From the human T2T-CHM13v2.0 reference genome, Homo sapiens, in assembly GCF_009914755.1 (NCBI RefSeq), contig NC_060938.1: 64,000 nt of DNA; one strand, 5' to 3'. Each line of letters begins with the position of its first letter. Positions within the stretch are counted from its first letter, which is position 1. The notes beneath the pieces were generated by a model. That model did not search any database. It saw only the letters and a list, made by a program, of their open reading frames with translations, and was not told where the DNA came from. The position numbers and the translations under genes are program-made. Shown piece after piece: positions 39,735 through 58,454 of the stretch.

Positions 39735-40279
39735 AGTTACTCAGAGAAAACACTGCTTAAGTGTTAGATCTAGGGGCATAGAAACTGCTACTGAACCCCT
39801 AAAATACCGTCTTGTCTCAGTCACAAACACCTCTGGAAGGATGCAGCAGTCATGCATAAGGAATTGTTAGCAGAGCTCTAGTGTCTAAATTCCTGCATTG
39901 TCTCCCTATTCTTCCCTACCCGGGGCCTACCTTAATGTAGATAGAGTACACAGATGGCTACCTACGTGATGTGATTCGAGGGGACACAAGACAGGGTTCT
40001 TCATCTAGAAAGAAATACCTACCACATTGCCGGCTAGGCCAACATTACTATACTTAACTTTGGCTCTTGAAGGCTACTGCAGATTATAAAGACATTCTTC
40101 AAAAAGTGGAGAAAATCCAACCCAAGGAGAACAGGAATATTCATAGTGCAGAGAGGATAAAGTTCAAACAAAAACGTTGGTGAGGCTACCATGAGACTTT
40201 AAAAAAACAGATTTAAGGCCGGGCACGGTGGCTCACGCCTGTAATCCCAGCACTTTGGGAGGCTGAGGTGGGCAGATCA

Positions 40280-40602
<323 letters not shown>

Positions 40603-42158
40603 CTATCTTTACGTCTGTGTTCATTCCAGTATTATCAACATACCATGCTTTGATGGTAAATCACTAAGTCGTCACTTAGTTTGCCTGGTACGTTCGAGTA
40701 GCTGTTGAAGAATAGATTTCAGTTTAAGATTTCCTTTGTGGCTGTTTTTAAAATGATTTCTTTGGACTGAGTTGTATTCCATTTTCAGCCATCAGTGTGT
40801 TTATAGGCAGACTTCTTATGTTTATCTCTGGGTGCTTTGTTTTGTAACTATATTTAAAGGCATTAATAGTGAAATAATTCACCTTTAAACAAGATATTGT
40901 AAAAGTGTGTTAAATAAAAGGGAAATTTTTATGCCTTAGCCTTGTAAATTGTAAACAATGAATAGGCTTTATTTTCTCTCAAAGTTCTTAGAGCTACTCG
41001 TGGTTTATAAACATAGTGAAATTATAAACTAACCAGTTTATCATTTTAAATTTAGCTTAATTAGAGATGAAGACAAAAGCAGATTATGAGAAAACAGAAT
41101 TCTAGGCATCTCAGATAAATATTATAGTGTAACTTTGGCCAGAGCTTGCCTAGGGAAATCTACAATTTACTTGACGTTTTTGGTTGATTTTTCTGTGATT
41201 CCTCTTCTGTATTTTAAAAGTATTCTTAGATGTTGTAGATATGTATCCATTTGTTCGACAAATTATCTATTTGAACACAGACACCCCCTGTGTTCTGAGA
41301 ACTATGTTTGTGCTTGAAGCTACTAAGTGGAATAAGACAAAGTCCCTCTCAGTGTCAGTGGGAGACAGAGATAATTACAGAGTCTTGCTACACACACAGA
41401 AATATGCTTGAGGTTCCAAGAGATCACCTGGGAAAGAGCCCCTGCTTCTGTCTGGAAATGTCAGGGGAGACCTGCCCAAGGAGGGAACACTTACCGGAGG
41501 GAGTGCCACCTGTCCTCGTGGTCTAGACGGGGAGAAAAGCAGCTGTGAGGCAAGTGCTTGGCTTGAGGGAGCCCTGGTGCTCTCCACAGCCTAAGAGGTT
41601 CTGGGGAGGTGCTCAAAGAAGGACCACTAAGAGTTAGAGGAAAAATATCTAGTAAGAGACATGCAGAGCCAAGGGTAAGGGCACAAACATGTTCACGTAG
41701 CTTACTCAGAGAAAGACAAGCAGTTCAGAAAGCCTGGGAGGCGGAATTTGTCAGGGGAGCTGATGCAGGAGGGTGTGGTGGGATATAAATTTGAGATTTG
41801 AACTCAGGCATTCAAACTCCATAGTCTGTGCACCTAAATGCTATACTATCCTGCCTTGAAAAGGCCTCAGGGGCCTTCTCTGGAAATCCAGTGCTTACGT
41901 CACATGGACACACAACACACATTATCTTTTATGTATATACATATAAAGACTTAATTTGCCAGTGATAGGGAACCACGGAAAGCAATTGTATTTTATTATT
42001 ATTATTTTTTGAGACAAGGTCTCACTCTGTCACCCAGGCTGCAGTGCACTGGCACGATCATGGCTCCCTGTAAGTCTTGACCTCCTGGGCTCAAGTGAGC
42101 CTTTTGCTTCAGGCTTCCAAGTAACTGAGACCAGAGGTGGACACCACCATAACCTGCT

Positions 42159-42578
<420 letters not shown>

Positions 42579-43917
42579 TGATGCTCCTGCCTTGGCTTCC
42601 CAAAATGCTGGGATTAGAGGTGTGAGCCATTGCCCCCGGCCCTAGAGTCCTGATTTTAAGGGGCTGTAATAGAAATGAGGAAGAACAGCGTCAGGTGATG
42701 AAAGTAATCCAGACAGGCATATAATAAATGATTGTTGAATGAGTAAATACTTAATATGGGCAAGGCACGGGGTAGTGCAAGGTTTTTCTCTATTTGTAGA
42801 TGCAAAAGTAATTTAAGAAGACTTCTCAATACTCCCATTGACTTGTATGAAGTTACTCCAGATTTTAAAGGGTGTTTGTCTTCTGTAGAGGCACATATTT
42901 TTTTTATTTTTCTTGTGGAAGAGCTATTGTTGACCAAAAAAAAAAGGAAAAGAAAAAGAAAAAAAGCAGTCAAAGGCCTAGATTCCAAAATTTTCCTGGT
43001 ATTTTAAAATTGAATTGACAAATGCAATTGGAAAGTTAACATACATTAAGCTGAGATTTTAAAGAGGGCTTCTGTAATGGCAGAAGCATCTTTCAACTCC
43101 AGCTGTTCTAATGGCAGCTTCCTGTCCATCTGTGAGTCATTATTTTAAAAAGTTGTATTTAAGTTAAATAATGTCACTACTTAGCTTTTTTGTAATTAGA
43201 TATAGTGATTAGACTCTTTTAAAATTATGCTTGAGTTTTCAATTAAGAAAACCACGACAAAGTAATAACAAGTTTTAAAGGTCTGAAAACGTTTATTGAG
43301 TAAAAAATACTGAATTAGAAAATTGAATTATATGACATTCCTATTAAAGGCAAACAAGGCTTCTAAAATTTTACATATTTAAGTAATTAAGACAATCGGA
43401 AAATTATGAATCAGGCTCTCAATTTTCTAGTCCTTTATAGTATGAAAGTTCCATTATAAATCTGCTGGATTTATGAACTGAGGATGCTGATTTAGTAGGG
43501 CATAAAACCCTATAACATAATGCTACTTACTGAGGGTTATGTTTCTTTGCTTGTTTAATACTTTGAGAAAGTAAAAAGAATAGAGTAAGGGGCTGATTGA
43601 GTTCATCTGGAAGAACCCGTGGCCCCATCCCCCAAAGGAAGCCTTCTCATCCTTAAATCTTGCCTACTCGTTTGCGTCTGAGCCCTCTCCCTTTCCCGAC
43701 CCTTCTCACCTGTTGTGAACCCCTGTGCTCCGCCCCTTGGCATTGAGGGTTTCGTTCTGTCATTTAAAATTGTCATATAGTTATTTCGTGTGTACTTGGT
43801 ACAGGCTTGTCCCTAGAGTTTGCTTTTCTTGAAGGCAGGGAGCATGCTAGGTTTTATTGCCATTTTCCTACAAGGGCTTAAATCACTCTGATCCTGAATA
43901 CCCTGTTTCCAGTAGTC

Positions 43918-44332
43918 TGATAGTTAATTTTCTGTGTCAGCTTAGCTAAGTTCTAGTGCCCAGTTGTTTGGTGAAACACCAGTCAAGATGCTGCTGTGAC
44001 GGTATGTTTTAGATGATTAACATTTAAATCAATAGGCAGGGAGTACAGAAGATGACCCTCTGCAATATGGGTGGGCCTCATTCAATTAGTTGAAAACCTT
44101 GAGAGCAAAGACTGAGGCTCCCTAAAGTATAAGGAATTCTCAAGACTGCAACACGGAAACCCTGCCCAAGCTTCCAGCCTGCTGCCCTGTGGAATTAATT
44201 CTCCGGACTGCAACAGCCTCTCTTGTCTGCATTTCCAGCCTGCTGGTCTGCTCTTCAGATTTCAGACTTGCCAGCCCCCACAACCACGTGAGTCAATTCC
44301 TTAAAGTCAATCTGTGTACGTGTGTGTGTGTG

Positions 44333-44375
<43 letters not shown>

Positions 44376-44416
44376 CTCCCCTATTGGTTCTGTTTCTCTC
44401 CAGAACCCTGGCTAAG
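43918..44416. mobile_element. MLT2B-like ERVL LTR containing a (GT)n tract (44321-44373)
   Basis: tgatagttaattttctgtgtcagctt...cctattggttctgtttctctccagaaccctggctaa. Confidence 0.85.
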
Positions 44417-44436
44417 AGGTATGAGAAATCTACAAT

Positions 44437-44776
<340 letters not shown>

Positions 44777-45380
44777 CTACAATAAAGGATAACAAGACTG
44801 TAAGATATTTCACTGGGCTATATCATTTTTATAGTAACCTCTGAGGAAACTACTAACTAGTTATCAATTTGAAAAAGTGACAGATCTTAAAGGAGAAATA
44901 ACTTAGCCAGTCAACCGCTGTACTTAAAGTCTCCTAATCAGACTATACTTGTCATTGATTTTTTACTTTTTACTTGGAAATAATTTTACATAAAAGTTGC
45001 AAGAATAATACAAAGAAAACCTGTATATTCTACCCAGCTTCACCTAGTTTACCCATTAACTTGATCATTGTGCACATACTCATGTATGAAACTTACAATA
45101 TTTCTTTTTCTGAATTATTTGAAAGTCAGTTGCATATACTACAAGTCTTTTCCTCTAAATGCTTTGGTGTGTATTTCTTAAGAATAAGGATAGTCTCTTG
45201 CTAATCCAATACAGTTAACAACTAAAGTAATTTTAACATTGACATAATCTGTATTCCAATAGTATCTATTAGTCTAATATTACCCTTTAAAGCATTTTTC
45301 CCCCTTTATTTGGTATAAGATCAAGTTACCATGTCTTTCTAATCTGGAACATTTCCATGACCTTCCCTTGTCTTGTATAA

Positions 45381-45745
<365 letters not shown>

Positions 45746-47379
45746 TGATGCAAAATTTCTAGGGAAATTGTTCAGTTAAAGGCAGTTTTCACAAAACTCA
45801 GAGTCAAATCAATATCAGATGTAATTTCCCCACTAGAACTTCATTAGGATCGCACAGGATCCTTGATATGAAACATATACCCTACTGATGCCTGACTAAA
45901 TGAATCTCGTGGCCCCATGGTTCTCTACTACGCTTTCCTCATCTAGGTTTTCCTCTTTGCCTTGGGCACAGTCAGTGGGTACGACAGACTTTTCGTCTGA
46001 GGTTTAGTGACTAAAGAGTTCATTCTGAATTAGAGCTGGACTTGGGAATTAGAACCAGATCTGTTCTTCAGCTAATTAGTCCATAACATAAGACAAAACT
46101 AAGGGCTTCAGTTTTTAAAAAATTAATGAGAAGACATTGAAGTCACTGGCAACAGGCTTTTCCAAAATATGTTCTCTTAAGCCTTATCTAATGTATTTTA
46201 TAAAAAACTAAATATAATTAAGCTACATTTAGCCCATAACAAGCTCTGGCTTTTTTTTTTTTTTTTTTAAACAGAGGGGAACATTTGATTAAATTACTAT
46301 TCATCTGAAAACATTTGATGGGGGAAAAATCCATTAGATGCATGAAGACAGATAACATTGAATAGTTAATTGGAAACAATCACATGATGTAATACAGATA
46401 ACTAAGGAAAGGGGTCTTGCATCTGAAATACATTTTTATGTGCTGGTTGCAATATATTTTATAGTCCAGTTGAAATTGCTGTCATGGAACTCTTTGGACC
46501 AAAAATGGAAGTCATATAGTGTATCACATTACATCTTCATTTTGGCTGACTCATTGTGTTGGCATGTTTTTGCTACAGATGAATGTAGAGATGGTTCACA
46601 TCATACTTTAGAAAATATGTCTTTGGATAACAGAACAGAACGTGATTAAGGAGAATTCTGAATTATTAGGCATTAAAAAAAAACTAAAGGCATTTTCTTT
46701 TGGCCAATGAAAATAGCTTAGTGTTTTTTTTTTTAAAAAAAAAAGAAAAAACAACAGGAAAAATATTAGAATTTGATGAGGGGGGTACATATTTAGGTTA
46801 TTACCAGTTAGCTAATTACCAGGCAGAAATCCCCAGGTAGCAGATGTTACTTTTGTGAAAAAGAAAGCTTTTTTGTGTTACTTAGAAAACTTAATGAATA
46901 AAACAATTGCCATTGAAAAACCTAAATACGATTCTCCCTTAGAAACAAACTAATTGTGGGGCCTATAACCAGAGTCAGGAAGTTAGTGATAAAGTTAATG
47001 AAGACAAATGGCCCGGTTACCTAATCCCATCAATGCCTCTTCCCTGGAAACCCAAATGGCCTTGGGCCAAAGGGAGATCTGCTAATACTACCTGCAGAGA
47101 AGAGGTTTCCAAGCACTTTTCTAAAGTACTTTCCATTATTTACCCTACAGGAGATTAGGTGTGATGTGAATGCAAAGCAGTTATTTTCATTAATGAGAGC
47201 CACCCGTGACTCCCTGGACACCTTGACAGAGGACAAAGGCATGTTTCTTTCTCATGGTTTGAAGGAAATAAATTGTTTCCATCTGAATGAATCTGTACTG
47301 GCCAAATGTAGAAAGCAGTTGCATGTCCAGGGATAAATTCTGGCCTTTGCCTTCCTACTTCAAGTGGTTTTCCACCCCT

Positions 47380-47800
47380 TAATTTACCTAAATGAAATTT
47401 AGAGAGGCTGCTCCACACTTCCTCCCAAGGAGACAGCTTCTCCAGTGAGTCATGCAGACAGACACCCTCCAGCCACCAGGGCGTGTTCTCTTTTAAGCAC
47501 AGACAGGGCGGCGTCTCAATGGCCTCCCACGTCACCGACAGTGACGGCAGCCCCCTCCAATTTCTTGGAGTGGGTTGCAGACTCTGCCAGGTGCCACAGC
47601 CCTGAGAAACCAAGGAACATGTCTAAGGAGCCTACAGAGTGGGAGGGAAATGCGGGTAACTGAGGACTGTTGCGCCTCACCTGTCTAACAAGAGCAGCAT
47701 GTGTGCCCGTATGTGGGGGCGAGGGTTGAAAGGGTACTGGGCCTGGGGTGGGGTAGGCAGGTGGTGATAGTAAATGGGTGTAGGGTTTTGATTGCCTGCA
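47380..47800. promoter_or_regulatory. Candidate enhancer
   Basis: Non-repetitive, locally CpG-retaining; AP-1 TGAGTCA at 47446-47452 next to repeated CAGAC (SMAD) motifs. Confidence 0.45.
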
Positions 47801-47858
47801 ACAGGATTTCAAGCCTTAGGCATTGTTTTTTAAATCCCTGATTTAATTAATTAATTAA

Positions 47859-48134
<276 letters not shown>

Positions 48135-48387
48135 TGAGTCATCGTGCCCAGCCTGAATAATTTTTTTTCTATTCTCCCAGGAGGGCTTGGATATAATCAC
48201 TAAATTTTCTAGCTTTTAGAAGGTCATGAACCTATGGGTTCTATGGACAAATACTGTTGGATTTTATTTACCAGAATGCAATTAGATGATCAGATAAATT
48301 ATTGGTTACTTTGCCAGTAACTATGATTCCCATGGGACTATTGCTTTTGAAATGCCAACATTTTAAAGCCTTCCAAGGTTCCTGCTG

Positions 48388-49617
<1,230 letters not shown>

Positions 49618-50055
49618 TGTACTAAATACGATTCTCCACTGCAGAAATGGGGAATGAAGGCTCTGGTGCAGTTAATCTGAGAGGGGGAAAAGCATTTCTC
49701 AGACTTGTGCTTGGGAGGTAATAAACACAGGGCTTCTATGCGAGGGCCATGATGTCTCTTCTGAAGGGTAGATACTAGTGCTGCTGGGGCCAGCAGGGTC
49801 AGCCATTGGGCCAGTTATTTCAGGTGCCAGCCAGAGCTTCCAGGCCTTCTAGCAGCCCAGCCAAACAATTTGCTGTTAAACTGGATCCAGAGAGACTTGG
49901 AAGTCTTGATTTATATTCTAGGGTCAAAATGGACTAATCAAATCACCTTGTATTAGTTTTAGATATTAAAAAGTTGAAAATGCATTTTAGATTATAAACC
50001 TGACCTTGTGGGGTGAGATAGTTATCTTAAAAGCTCATGTAGGTTTTGTGTGTGA

Positions 50056-50091
<36 letters not shown>

Positions 50092-50348
50092 TAAAATATA
50101 CAAAACATAAAATTTACAATTTTCACCCTTTCTGAATGTACAATTCAATGCCATTCAGTACAGTCACATTCACCACTATCTCCAGAACTTTCCCATCACC
50201 CCAAACTGAAACTCTATACCCCTTAAACAGTAACCCCTCATTCTCTCCTTGCCAGTTCCTGGTATCCACCATTCTAGGTTCTGACTCTCAGAATTTGATT
50301 ACTCTAGGCACCTCATAGAAGTGGAATCATATAGTATTTGTCCTTTTG

Positions 50349-50684
50349 ATGAGTTCATGTCCTTTGTAGGGACATGGATGAAGCTGGAAACCATCATTCT
50401 CAGCAAACTATCGCAAGGACAAAAAACCAAACACTGCCATGTTCTCACTCATAGGTGGGAATTGAACAATGAGAACACTTGGACACAGGGTGGGGAACAT
50501 CACACACGGAGGCCTGTTGTGGGATGGGGGGCAGGGGGAGGGATAGCATTAGGAGAAATACCTAATGTAAATGACGAGTTAATGGGTGCAGCACACCAAC
50601 ATGGCACATGTATGCATATGTAACAAACCTGCACGTTGAGCACATGTACCCTAGAACTTAAAGTATAATAATAATAAAAAAAAA
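50349..50684 (+). mobile_element. 5'-truncated L1PA (L1PA4-6-like) 3' end inserted in an older antisense L1
   Basis: gatgagttcatgtcctttgtagggacatggatgaagctggaaacc...ccctagaacttaaagtataat + A-tail; TSD atttgtccttttg at 50336-50348 and 50684-50696. Confidence 0.95.
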
Positions 50685-51430
50685 TTTGTCCTTTTGTGAC
50701 TAGCTTATTTCATTTAGCATAATGTCTTCAAGATTCATCCCCATTGTAGCATATGTTAGAATTTCCTTTATTTTACTTTGTTTTATTTTTGAGACAGCGT
50801 CTCACTCTGTCACCCAGGCTGGAGTGCAGTGATGCAATCTTGGCTCACTGCAACCTCCACCTCCTGGGCTCAAACAATCCTCCTACCTCAGCCTCCTGAG
50901 TAGCTGGGACTGCAGGCGAGTGCCACCATGTCTGGCTAATTTTTGTATTTTTTGTAGAGGCAGGGTTTCACCATATTGCCCAGGCTGGTCTCAAACTCCT
51001 GAGCTCAAGCGATCCCCCCACCTCAGCCTTCAAAGTGCTGAGATTACAGGTGTAAGCCACCATATCCATCCTAGGGGTTCTTTATATATTCTGGATATTA
51101 ATCCTTTATCATATATGGTTTGCAAATATTTTCTTTTTTTACTTTTTCCACAGAGATGAGGTCTCACTATGTTACTCAGGATGGTCTTGAACACCTGGGC
51201 TCAGTGATCCTCCCACCTCGGCCTCCCAAAGTGCTGGGATTACAGGTGTCAGCCACCATGGCCAGCCAATTTGTGAATATTTTCTCTCATTCTGTGGGTT
51301 GCCTTTTCAGTCTGTTGATAGTTTCCTTTAAAAGGTTTACAGTTTGATGAAGTTCAGTTTAGCTATTTTTCTTTTGTTGCCCATGCTATTGGTGCCATAT
51401 CCAAGAAATTATTGCCAAATCCAATAATAG

Positions 51431-51685
<255 letters not shown>

Positions 51686-52351
51686 TAGCAATGGTATCTT
51701 CCTACGTTGCTCAGACTGGTCTTGAATTCCTGGCCTCAAGAAATCCTCCTGCCTCAGCCTCTAAAAGTGCTGGGATTGTAGGTGTGAGCCACTGTGCCCA
51801 GCCTACTCCTATGTTTTCTTCCAAGAGTTTTATAGTTTTCACTCTTACACTTGAGTCTTTGATCCATTTTGAGTTAATTTCTGTATGTGGTGTAAGCTAT
51901 GGCTCCAGTTGCATTCTTTTGCATGTGAATATTCAGTTTTCCCGCCACCATTTGTTGAAAAAGATTGTCCTTTTCTCCATTGAATGGTCTTGATATCCTT
52001 GTTAATCATTCTGTTTTATTTGACATTGAGAAAAGAAAACTGTTAGAATTAAATCTAACCTTTTAGATTTATATTTCACTTTTTAATACATTTTCAAAAT
52101 CCATGCATTTGCTACAGTTTTTTCATCAGCCCTTTGCCCAAGAGTCAATGTGGGTCACGAACTTGCCTGCAGTAGGGGTGAGGAGACCTGGTCTAGGGAA
52201 TGACTCTATTGGCTCCATGGCCTTTGGATGGTTTGAGGAAACTCAGGCCTCCCCAGATTTTTTTTGCTGGGTATCCTACAGATGGAGTTTTCCTTCTAAA
52301 GGAAACATTCCTTTAGCTTAACAAACATTTTGTTTGTTTGTTTGTTTTTGA

Positions 52352-52549
<198 letters not shown>

Positions 52550-54537
52550 TGATCTCTTGACCTCATGATCCACCTGCCTTGGCCCCCTAAAGTGCTGGGA
52601 TTACAAGTGTGACCCACCGTGCCTGGCCCTGTCTTAACAAACTTTTAAAATGCCAGTACACATGGGAGGAATAAAGAATATTAGTGACTCACATGCCGGT
52701 ATGAATTCATTTATATTACTTTCCTGCCAGGCAATTAGCTGAGAGGGGGGAAATTTTAACTTTAACTTTAGTGGAGGGTTGCGGAGAAGGAGAAGGAGAG
52801 CAAGAAACTTTGCTTTGGGGACAAGGTCAGCTTCCAAGGAGGAATGTGGGTGCCTGGGTGTGGTGCTACCCTGGACAGCACGAGGCATTGAGTATCTCAG
52901 ATGGAACCAGGAGAGAGGACCAAGACCCAGAAGGGGAAGTAGGAGAGTCTAAAGATAAATTTTGCCTACTTCACAGCTGTGCCAGGGAGAGGCCCTGGGA
53001 GTGAGCATGAGTAATCCAGAGATGTGCATGCATGGGGCCCGGCCCTCTTTTGTTTATTCTAATGCTGTCCTGGCAGCAGTAGACACTTCCCCAGGCCTGG
53101 CAACATTTCTTTCAGATATTGTCTGGCCAGTCCATCTTTGAAGGAAAAATGAAAAGATGGTAGTGCTGAAAAACCTCTAACTAGAGAATTTTCTTCCTGT
53201 GACCCTCACCTCCACCTCCAACACATTCACACACACAATTATCTCCTTGTGGGATTTGTCATGATTTTATAATGATTCTAATTTGAGTTGATTGCACTTG
53301 TTTAAATACCAGATATTTAAAATGTAGAGTGTGTTATTGATGCTGGTGAGTACTGGATGGCTTGTTGTTTGCTTTGAGACAAGGTCTCACTCTGCCACCC
53401 AGAGTGCAGTGGCAGTCACAGCTCACTGCAGCCTTGACCTTCCAGGCTCAATAGATCCTCCCACCTCAGCTTTCCAAATAGCTGGAACTATAGGCACATG
53501 CCACCATGCCCAGCTAATTTATTTTTATTGATTGATTGATTGAGACAGTCTCACTCTGTTGCCCAGGCTGGAGTGCAGTGGTATGATCTTGGCTCACTGC
53601 AGCCTCTGCCTCCTGTAATCCCAGCACTTTGGAAGGCTCAAGCGATTCTCCTGCCTCAGCCTCCTGAGTAGCTGGGACTATAGGCAGAAGCCACCAAACC
53701 CAGCTAATTTTTGTATTTTTAGTAGAGATAGGGTTTCACCATGTTGGCCAGGATGGTCTTGAACTCCTGACCTCAAGTGATCCACCTGCCTTGGCCTCCC
53801 AAACTTCTGGGATTACAGGTGTGAGCCATTGCGCCTGGCCAATTTTTTATATTTTATATTTTATATATTTTAATATAATATTTAAAATATATATTTAATG
53901 TTTTATATTTTTTTGTTGAGATGAGGTCTTGCCATGTTGCCCAGGCTGGTCTGAAAATCCTGGGCTCAAGCCATTCTCCCTCTTCAGCCTCCCAAAGTGC
54001 TGGGATTACAGGTGTGAGCCACCACACCTGGCTAGAGTACTGGATATGTTAATAGTTCCATTCATACATTTCAAGAATTAAGGTGTTTTTTAACTTACTA
54101 AAGGCTGGCTTTTTATCCTGTAAACTTCTAGCCCAAATCATCTCTACTACACAGTAGAGAAAAGTAGTTTTAGAATTTGGTTTAGTTATCCCTAAAGCAC
54201 CTTTTATTCACAAAGGGAAAGATGTATCTGGATCACATTCAAAATGTGTCTCATTAATGCCTCCTTATTCTAATTAATTTGGCCATGGGGAACTTAACCA
54301 TTACTGAATGTTAATCTCATAAAAAGTACCAAAACCATTCTCTTTTTGTTCTCTGATAAGGATTTTCCCTTTTCTATTTCAGAACTAATTATCTCTCTCT
54401 CCTTAGTCTTTGTACAGTTTCAAGAGTTGACGTGTGAAACTATACAAGATATCACAGGCTGGGTGCAGTGGCTCACGCCTGTAATCCCAGCACTTTGGGA
54501 GGCTGAGGCGGGTGGATTACCTGAGGTCAGGAGTTCA

Positions 54538-54769
<232 letters not shown>

Positions 54770-54856
54770 TCACTCTAGCCAATGATTTTCTCTTTGACAA
54801 ATCACACAACTCTCTTTAAGAAGTTAATGAGAGAGGCTGCCCTGTGTTATCACTAG

Positions 54857-55132
<276 letters not shown>

Positions 55133-55881
55133 TGACCTCAAATGATCTGCCTGCCTTGGCCTCCCAAAGTGCTGGGATTACAGGTGTGAGCCACTGCAAC
55201 TGGCCTAGGAATAAGATATTTCTAATAACAGTTTTTCTCTTAAAGATTCCAATAAATGGAAAGAAATACCATACCCGTGGATTGAAACATTCAATATTAA
55301 AATGTCACTTCTCCCCAAAGTAAAATAGAGATTTGGTACAATCTCAAGCATAATCCGAGCAGTCATTAATATATTAATAGGAGCTGAAAAGATGATTTAA
55401 AAATCTATGCAGGCCAGGCTTGGTTCATTTACTTTGCATATATTTGAATGTTTTCATAATAAAAAGTTTTTAAAAGCATTCATGAAATATAAAAACCAAC
55501 TGATTGGATAGATCGTAGTTTGCTGCCATCCCTGTACCTTTCCTGGACAATGTTCAATTATCCATGTAAAGGGGACAGAACACATTGTACTATTACAAGC
55601 TTTGGAGCCATTTTGCAGCTATGTGGCTTTGAGAAAATTTCTTGACTTCTCCGTAGTCTGGTTCCCTCTTCAGGCTTGTTGCGTTCATGTGAGATCACAC
55701 ACCTCTGGTGTCGAGTGCGTTGTCAAGCCCCTGATGCACCATTGCTTGTTCAATAAGTGTTCATGACTGCTCATGGAGGAAAGTGGGGCAGAGATTACCT
55801 TTAGAAAAATGTATTCTTGGCCAGGTGCGGTGGCTCATGCTTGTAATTCCAGCACTTTGGAAGGGCGAGGCTGCCAGATCA

Positions 55882-56282
<401 letters not shown>

Positions 56283-57811
56283 TCACCTTCACACTTAACT
56301 TGAGAATTAACTCCTGAACTTTGTCTCCATGACATTGCCTCCACATTCCTGACAAATAGCACATAAAGGGATAATGCAGATGACCCTGACTTTTTTTTCT
56401 TGTTTGCCTTTTGAATTTGAGAGCACCTATCTCTGGATTGTTTTGATTGGGTCAGTATTTAAATTGGCTCTATTTCCTGTCTTTAAAACAGCTAGTAATA
56501 GAGAAGGCTAAGATTTTAGACCTAAAAATAGCAGAAAAAGGAAAAAAAATGTATATCCAGCTAATAAAAAAAACCTAAGCATATAATCACATCAAGCCCG
56601 GGCCTGGAATACTGTTCTGAGTTTCTTTTATTAGCAACTTTCACTTCCGTGTTCTCACATTGTTACGGGCTGATCTTTTCCTTTGGCTGGAGTTCTTTTC
56701 TTCTGGTTTAAGCACCTTCTCTACGCCAGGCCCTGTTAGGCACTGGGGACGTGCGGCTGAGGGTGGCCTCCTAGTTCTCAGGCTGGGAGACAGACACTGA
56801 GGACATAATAAGACCCCTGTGGGGACTCTTTAGAGAGGGTTGTCAGGGAAGGCCCCTCAAGATGTCTTGAGTGCAGACCTGTGGGATGAGAAGGGCTCTG
56901 CTGGTCTCTCTTCCTTGCTTTGCATAGTGTTGGTTATTGGTGTCATTTTTTTCTCTAGAGGACCTAGATGGAATTTACCAGAAAGAGCTGTCTTTGACGA
57001 TTTATTTAGGGTCACGGTGTTTCCAAATCCCTTCACAGAAGTTGCTCTGAGCACCACAACATATTTTGTTTTAGAGAAGCAGATTTAAGCACATCTGCTC
57101 CGGGTCTAAGGTCTCTGTGCACTCCTAGCCATGTCACAAAAAGATTCCCACGCTTCAGCTCTCTTGCTGGTTATCTGTGATCTCGTTCCTTCCCTTTTGT
57201 CCTCCCCTGAGGATGTGCTCATGTGCTGGTGTCTGTTTCTGGCCCATCTCTCTCTCCTCATCCTCAATGTAAGGAGTGTCTTTAATGGACATTGGGCTTC
57301 CCATGGGTCTTCTCCATGACATCCTGTTTGGGAAGCTTCAGTGTGTTTTACCACTTTATCTTAGACTTCTGTAAAACTTTTTTTGTTGCTTTCTCATTTT
57401 TGTTCCTCCACTGCTTTTTAAAAATACAAGCATTCAGCTGGATGCGGTGGCTCATGCCTGTAATCCCAGCACTTTGGGAGGTGGAGGCGGGTGGATCACC
57501 TGAGGTCAGGAGTTTGAGACCAGCCTGACCAACATGGTGAAACCCTCTCTCTACTAAAAATATGAAAATTAGCTGGGCTTGGTGGCGCATGCCTGTAATC
57601 CCAGCTACTTGGGAGGCTGAGGCAGGAGAATCACTTGAACCCGGGAGGCAGAGGTGCAATGAGCTGAGATCATACCATTGCACTCCAGCCTGGGCAACAG
57701 AGTGAGACTCCACCTTAAACGAACAAACAATATGAGCATTTAAACTAATTTAGGTTACAATTGATGCTTCACATGCATGTATTTTTAAAATGTTATTTAT
57801 TTTAGAGATAG

Positions 57812-58206
<395 letters not shown>

Positions 58207-58280
58207 TGATCCACCCGCCTCGGCCTCCCAAAGTGCTGGGATTACAGGCATGAGCCACCACACCCGGCATACCCAGCTAA

Positions 58281-58285
58281 TTCCT

Positions 58286-58360
<75 letters not shown>

Positions 58361-58454
58361 CTCTCTCCTTCCTTCCTTCCTTCCTTCCTTCCTTCCTTCC
58401 TTCCTTCCTTCCTTCCTTCCTTCCTTCCTTCCTTCTTTCTTTCTTTTCTTTTTT
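58281..58454. repeat. (TTTC)n/(TTCC)n polypyrimidine microsatellite in an Alu linker
   Basis: Directly visible. Confidence 0.95.

Noticed and set aside
50321-50623. ORF with FMSFVGTWMKLETIILSKLSQ
   Set aside because: C-terminus of L1 ORF2 in a truncated insertion, not a gene.
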